Shown here piece by piece: positions 59,973 to 64,000 of a DNA stretch of 64,000 nt. Below the pieces are notes generated by a model. The model was not told the DNA's origin. It saw nothing but the letters and a program-made list of their open reading frames with translations, and ran no database searches. The DNA lies in the NCBI GenBank assembly GCA_965234725.1, contig CBDDUX010000003.1, positions 79,047 to 143,046 on the forward strand. Reading direction: 5' to 3'. How positions within the stretch are numbered: position 1 is the stretch's first letter; every line of letters starts with the position of its first letter. Source of the DNA: Thermoplasmatota archaeon. GTDB taxonomy: Archaea > Thermoplasmatota > Penumbrarchaeia > Penumbrarchaeales > Penumbrarchaeaceae. The position numbers and the translations under genes are program-made.

Positions 59973-60356
59973 TCACTTTACAACTTTTCTAGGTCTTGAT
60001 TTGCTCAAATTCTGTATTTTCTTATCAATATCTTCATTAATGGCAATTGTAGTTCTTTCGACTGCTTTATTTAAAGGCTTATTCCTTTCGTAATATTCCT
60101 CACTCATACTGACACCTGGTATGCGTGTATTCCTGAGTTCTCTGTTGATTTTTTCTTCTCTTAATTTTTCATTTTGTAATTTTCTTGCCTTTATCCTTGA
60201 CCATGCCAGACGCCTAGGACCAAAAATAGAATCTTGATCACTCAACAAAAATGGAACCAATGGATCCTGCAATCTAAAAGCAGAGAAAATTGTATTTTCT
60301 GCCTGATTAAGAATGGATTCTGCCTTTCTGTTGAATCTCTCTCTATCTGAGACCAT
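59973..60356 (-). CDS. Hypothetical basic helical protein
   Basis: GGAGTGAG SD upstream, tight packing. Confidence 0.65.
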   Translation of the reverse strand: MVSDRERFNRKAESILNQAENTIFSAFRLQDPLVPFLLSDQDSIFGPRRLAWSRIKARKLQNEKLREEKINRELRNTRIPGVSMSEEYYERNKPLNKAVERTTIAINEDIDKKIQNLSKSRPRKVVK

Positions 60357-60361
60357 TTATC

Positions 60362-60607
60362 TCACTCCTGGTCACTTTCTCTCTTGAGCTCATTAATAAT
60401 GTCCTGACTGGTGTAATTGCTGGTTGGCCAATGGATTTCTTTGTCTATGCCACTCTCCATTTGTCTGTATATCCCTCTCTGAGAATTGAGAAGATCTCTT
60501 ACACCTACTCCTCTTGACATAACTCTCCTCATTCTTACCCTAGCATTACCAAGATTTTCCAACATTGTATCACTCTCCGTCATTGGTGAGATCATTCTCA
60601 CCTTCAC
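60362..60607 (-). CDS. Hypothetical protein
   Basis: ORF in the same operon-like run; start may be 60583. Confidence 0.55.
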   Translation of the reverse strand: MKVRMISPMTESDTMLENLGNARVRMRRVMSRGVGVRDLLNSQRGIYRQMESGIDKEIHWPTSNYTSQDIINELKRESDQE

Positions 60608-61052
60608 CTCTCATGAATTGACCTCTCATATTGGATCTTGCAACATTGAATCTTTCGGCCAATTTATCAAATAGTGGTTTTTCCTGCTCCAGATCTTCTT
60701 TGGATTTTGGAAATTTTCTTTTGATTTTTTGTCTTGATCCTGGCCCTATACCACTAGAATATCCTGTCATGATTTCCTCCTCCTCCTCCTCCAGATTTTC
60801 TTCCAGATCTTCAAGATTTGGATTATCATTTGGCAATGCCATTCCAAATTTTTCTGCCATTGATTTGAATTTTTGCATTTCTAATTTGGTTTCTTCTTTT
60901 TTGTTGACCTTGTCAACTCGTGTCCGTTCATTATTTAGAAGACCCTGGACCTCATTAATCCTATCTCTGGATTTTGATCTCACCCTGGAAAATATTGTAT
61001 TTCTTTTTTCTTCCTCTGTGATTGGTGCTGTGAGCAGATCATAGATTGTCAT
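60570..61052 (-). CDS. Hypothetical charged helical protein
   Basis: 160-aa ORF with GGAG SD, first gene after an AT-rich promoter-like gap. Confidence 0.7.
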   Translation of the reverse strand: MTIYDLLTAPITEEEKRNTIFSRVRSKSRDRINEVQGLLNNERTRVDKVNKKEETKLEMQKFKSMAEKFGMALPNDNPNLEDLEENLEEEEEEIMTGYSSGIGPGSRQKIKRKFPKSKEDLEQEKPLFDKLAERFNVARSNMRGQFMRGEGENDLTNDGE

Positions 61053-61215
61053 TTTACAACAACTCCATTTTTTTATTTTTTTATATAAATATAAATTGGT
61101 GTTTTTACTATATAAAATGACTTAATTATATAAATATAGCATAATGTAGAGACTATACATTACCCTATACCTTCATATATAATTTTCACAAAATAAAGAA
61201 TAATTCTTATTTTTC

Positions 61216-61413
61216 TTAAATCAAATCTACCTTAACATGTCTGAAATTCCAAACTGCACAACCTACTGGACAATTCCAAGATCCTCTTTTTAATTTTCTA
61301 TTCGGTAATCTTTTCGGAAACCATATCTCTCCACAATGTTTACACCTGAATTTTAGATTCTTATCGTTAAGAATTTCAACATTTTTTGGATTTTGATTTC
61401 TCATTTTTATCAC
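61216..61413 (-). CDS. Small Zn-finger-like protein
   Basis: CKHC...W...CPVGC. Confidence 0.6.
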   Translation of the reverse strand: MIKMRNQNPKNVEILNDKNLKFRCKHCGEIWFPKRLPNRKLKRGSWNCPVGCAVWNFRHVKVDLI

Positions 61414-61499
61414 TATGCATTAATAACAATCACTTCAATATAATATTTTCTTTTTATTTATATACTTCTAACCTGAAAAAATAAATTTTTTTTTTGACC

Positions 61500-62468
61500 A
61501 CTTCTCATTTGTTGGTGTGGTGGTGATTGGATCTATATATCTAACATAACCTCGAGACCTTGAGACCCTGAGATTATCCACACCTTGAGATTTTATCTAA
61601 CAATCTGGCAATGCTTGTATCTGTTGTTGTTTGTATCAATATTTGTACTGTACTACTAGATCTGTTGTTATTTTTTTTTTGTGTTCCCTCCTTAATCCTC
61701 ATTTGTTGGTGTGTGAACACAATTCATGGTGTATGACCAATTCAAATCATGGTAAATGCAATTCCATTCATGGACAATGTATCAATGTATGGATAACCAC
61801 AATGTGTGGATAACCTCAATGTAAAGATAACCACAATTTCTCAATGTCTCAACGTCATGACTTCACAATGTCACAATGTCATAATATCTCAATGTCAAAT
61901 AACATTTTAACATATTTACTATATCATATTCTTCCGTCCACTTTTCTGTCCACAAAAACATAAACCCTAACGTACTCTCTACTATGTACCACTTTATACA
62001 AATCATTTATATACTATAAAAATCACACTGCAAACGTGAGGCTACGTTGGTACTAGGTGGACGGTGGACAGAAGAAAATTTTACCTACTCTGGCTAGTGG
62101 TGTTTTACTGTCCACTGCTGTCCCTGTGTGTACTGGACAATCATGGTGAATCTATTATTACATATCAATCTATATCACTGATTGGCTGGACAATGGTGGA
62201 CGGCAAATGGACAGATAAAATACATGATTTCATGATTATACTGGTGATTTGGTAAAATATATCCTAATAAAGACACTTTTTCTGTTATTACTATCTTTCT
62301 TATTTTTATATTTTCCAATTGTCCACAATTGTCCACCTCATGCTGGACGGCTACTGGACAGATAAAATCACATGATTTCTTGATTATACTGGTGATTTGG
62401 CAAAATATATTCCAATAAATACATGTTCTCTATTATCACTATCTTCTTTATTTTTTCCTTTTCCAATT
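61500..62468. repeat. Repeat-rich origin-like region: 17-bp tandem units, CAATGT repeats, inverted GTCCA/TGGAC iterons, ~125-bp diverged direct repeat
   Basis: Visible directly in the sequence; lies just 3' of the helicase gene. Confidence 0.8.
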
Positions 62469-63967
62469 CTTGATCTTTTGGAATAATTTTTTAAATTTTC
62501 TTTTCCAACATGATCTACCAGATATCTATCAATTCTCTTTTTGAATCCTTCATATTCCAACATGTTTTCTTTTATTAATTTCTCATTAATACACCAATTT
62601 ATATACATGTTGTATAAATCCAATTTTCTAATCTTTTCTTTACTTTCCGAATCAAAATCAAGATACTGATAAATGAAGATAGAAGTAGGATCTGATAATT
62701 TATTCCACAATTCTTTTTTATCAATATTTGTTAATTCTTCCGGATACTTGAAATCATTCTCTAGTAATTTAAGAAATCCTTCTATCATAATATTATTTAA
62801 TGCAGACATTTTTTTCTTATCATTTATAAAATCATTACAAAATGATTTTTTAATGTTCTTGATTCTACCAATCCACCTTATGATAATAATCCTTCTCCAA
62901 GCAGCATTATCATTGTAATCTGTTAACATTGGTAATCTATTAACTGTATGTATAAATCTGGTCTTAAATGAAAAATTAACATATCCTCCATATTTCAAAT
63001 GACCACTATAATCATCCATTACATTGTTTCTATTCTTTAATAATTCTGTATCTAATTTGGACCATGTGTTTTCTTTTTCATTTAGAACAACAAAATGTTT
63101 TCCATTCAATGTGGCTTTCATGAAATTATCTTTTTCAAGTTGTGATAAATTTATATTGTTGGCCTTACTTCTGCCAATTATGGATTTCACAAATTCAAAA
63201 ATAGTTGTTTTTCCTGTATCAGTAGAACCTACATTGAAAATTTCGTTATCATTTGGTATGTCATAGAATAGGCAAGAACCTAGAACCATGTGAAATGTCT
63301 CTCTGTCTTGAATATAAACATGTTCTAATGGATTATAATTATCAACTGCACCTGGATCATAGTCATATTCTAATTGGTTCAGGCTCAGATAATAATCAGG
63401 ATCATGTTCCTCATGAGGAACAAATTTAATATCATTTGCATTTTTAATATGTAAAAATCCATTGTTATAATTTATGGTCCAACCAATGTTTTTATCAAAT
63501 TTATCAAACTGATTATATCTAATTGTTGAATAATCTTTTATTGCAGAAATAATTTCATTTACATATATATTTTTAGAAATTATATTAGCAGATTTAAGCA
63601 GTGATCTAACTATAAAACATATATGACTTTCTGAGTATTGATTATTGTAATTATCTATGTATCCTCCCTTATTATAAATCAATATCTCTTTATCATTATT
63701 TTCTTTTTCTATTGTTTTTATATTAAATGTTAAAATAATGTCTATTGCTAATTTATCATATTTTATTATCAGTCTACCATTTTTTGAATAATTGGAATAT
63801 TGACTCTTTAACATGTTGGATTTTAGAATCTCTAATTTTTCTTCTGTTGAAGCCTTATTTTCTCTCATAATTTTGATCCAATGAAATCTTTCATTTGTAG
63901 ATAAATCATATTTCTTCTGAATCTGACCTTCAGTTTCTATATCATTATCTGGAAAGGTCCAACACAT
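62384..63967 (-). CDS. SF3 replicative helicase of the phage/plasmid P4-primase C-terminal / poxvirus D5 type
   Basis: D5_N-like NYNNG.L, Walker A GSTDTGKTT, Walker B FVVLNE, motif C TVNRLP, A.WRR, C-terminal wHTH-like LY..Y..WC; no primase domain recognised. Confidence 0.88.
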   Translation of the reverse strand: MCWTFPDNDIETEGQIQKKYDLSTNERFHWIKIMRENKASTEEKLEILKSNMLKSQYSNYSKNGRLIIKYDKLAIDIILTFNIKTIEKENNDKEILIYNKGGYIDNYNNQYSESHICFIVRSLLKSANIISKNIYVNEIISAIKDYSTIRYNQFDKFDKNIGWTINYNNGFLHIKNANDIKFVPHEEHDPDYYLSLNQLEYDYDPGAVDNYNPLEHVYIQDRETFHMVLGSCLFYDIPNDNEIFNVGSTDTGKTTIFEFVKSIIGRSKANNINLSQLEKDNFMKATLNGKHFVVLNEKENTWSKLDTELLKNRNNVMDDYSGHLKYGGYVNFSFKTRFIHTVNRLPMLTDYNDNAAWRRIIIIRWIGRIKNIKKSFCNDFINDKKKMSALNNIMIEGFLKLLENDFKYPEELTNIDKKELWNKLSDPTSIFIYQYLDFDSESKEKIRKLDLYNMYINWCINEKLIKENMLEYEGFKKRIDRYLVDHVGKENLKNYSKRSRIGKGKNKEDSDNREHVFIGIYFAKSPV

Positions 63968-64000
63968 CGTTTACCCTAAAAGGCTCAACACATCGTTACC

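Larger units (their letters stand above)
57600..64000. mobile_element. AT-rich integrated element (provirus, satellite or integrative plasmid), truncated by the window end
   Basis: Abrupt compositional shift, tyrosine integrase, convergent block of small ORFs, iteron-rich non-coding region, SF3 helicase; left boundary approximate. Confidence 0.85.

Noticed and set aside
62197-62468. DGR template/variable repeat pair
   Set aside because: Only 7 of the 14 coding-region differences are at adenines of the putative template, many adenines are unchanged, and no reverse transcriptase is in the window
638-63266. Numerous short antisense or overlapping ORFs in the six-frame track
   Set aside because: They shadow well-supported genes on the opposite strand or frame and show no motifs
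63960-64000. Direct repeat CAACACATCGTT(T)ACC at the window end
   Set aside because: Real in the sequence but truncated by the window edge; cannot distinguish an operator or iteron from an assembly artefact

Overview
Archaeal chromosomal window, probably Thermoplasmatota-like Euryarchaeota (inference from archaeal ThrRS with editing domain, the pus10-rpl21e-rpo4-DUF655 cluster, IPK/IDI-2, ZPR1-SepF and BRE/TATA promoters). About 57.6 kb is gene-dense core and cell-surface DNA: aconitase, translation and tRNA-modification genes, isoprenoid genes, queDCE, surface proteins and one tRNA-Leu(TAA). From about 57.6 kb to the window end lies a visibly AT-rich integrated element with a tyrosine integrase, small unknown ORFs, an iteron-rich origin-like region and a D5/P4-type SF3 helicase. 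The most notable unexplained features are: (1) a ~300-nt multi-hairpin non-coding element with a closing stem and three AATTGACG motifs (28372-28671); (2) a bacterial-type DnaA ATPase lacking the DNA-binding domain IV; (3) a satellite-like integrated replicon whose origin-like region holds inverted GTCCA/TGGAC iterons, two perfect DnaA boxes and an in-frame duplicate of the helicase C-terminus; (4) tandem receiver-hemerythrin-Zn-ribbon paralogs; (5) a tRNA-Leu flanked by inverted and duplicated fragments of itself; (6) an RHH plus variant diadenylate cyclase operon. All assignments come from motif recognition by eye; no searches were run.
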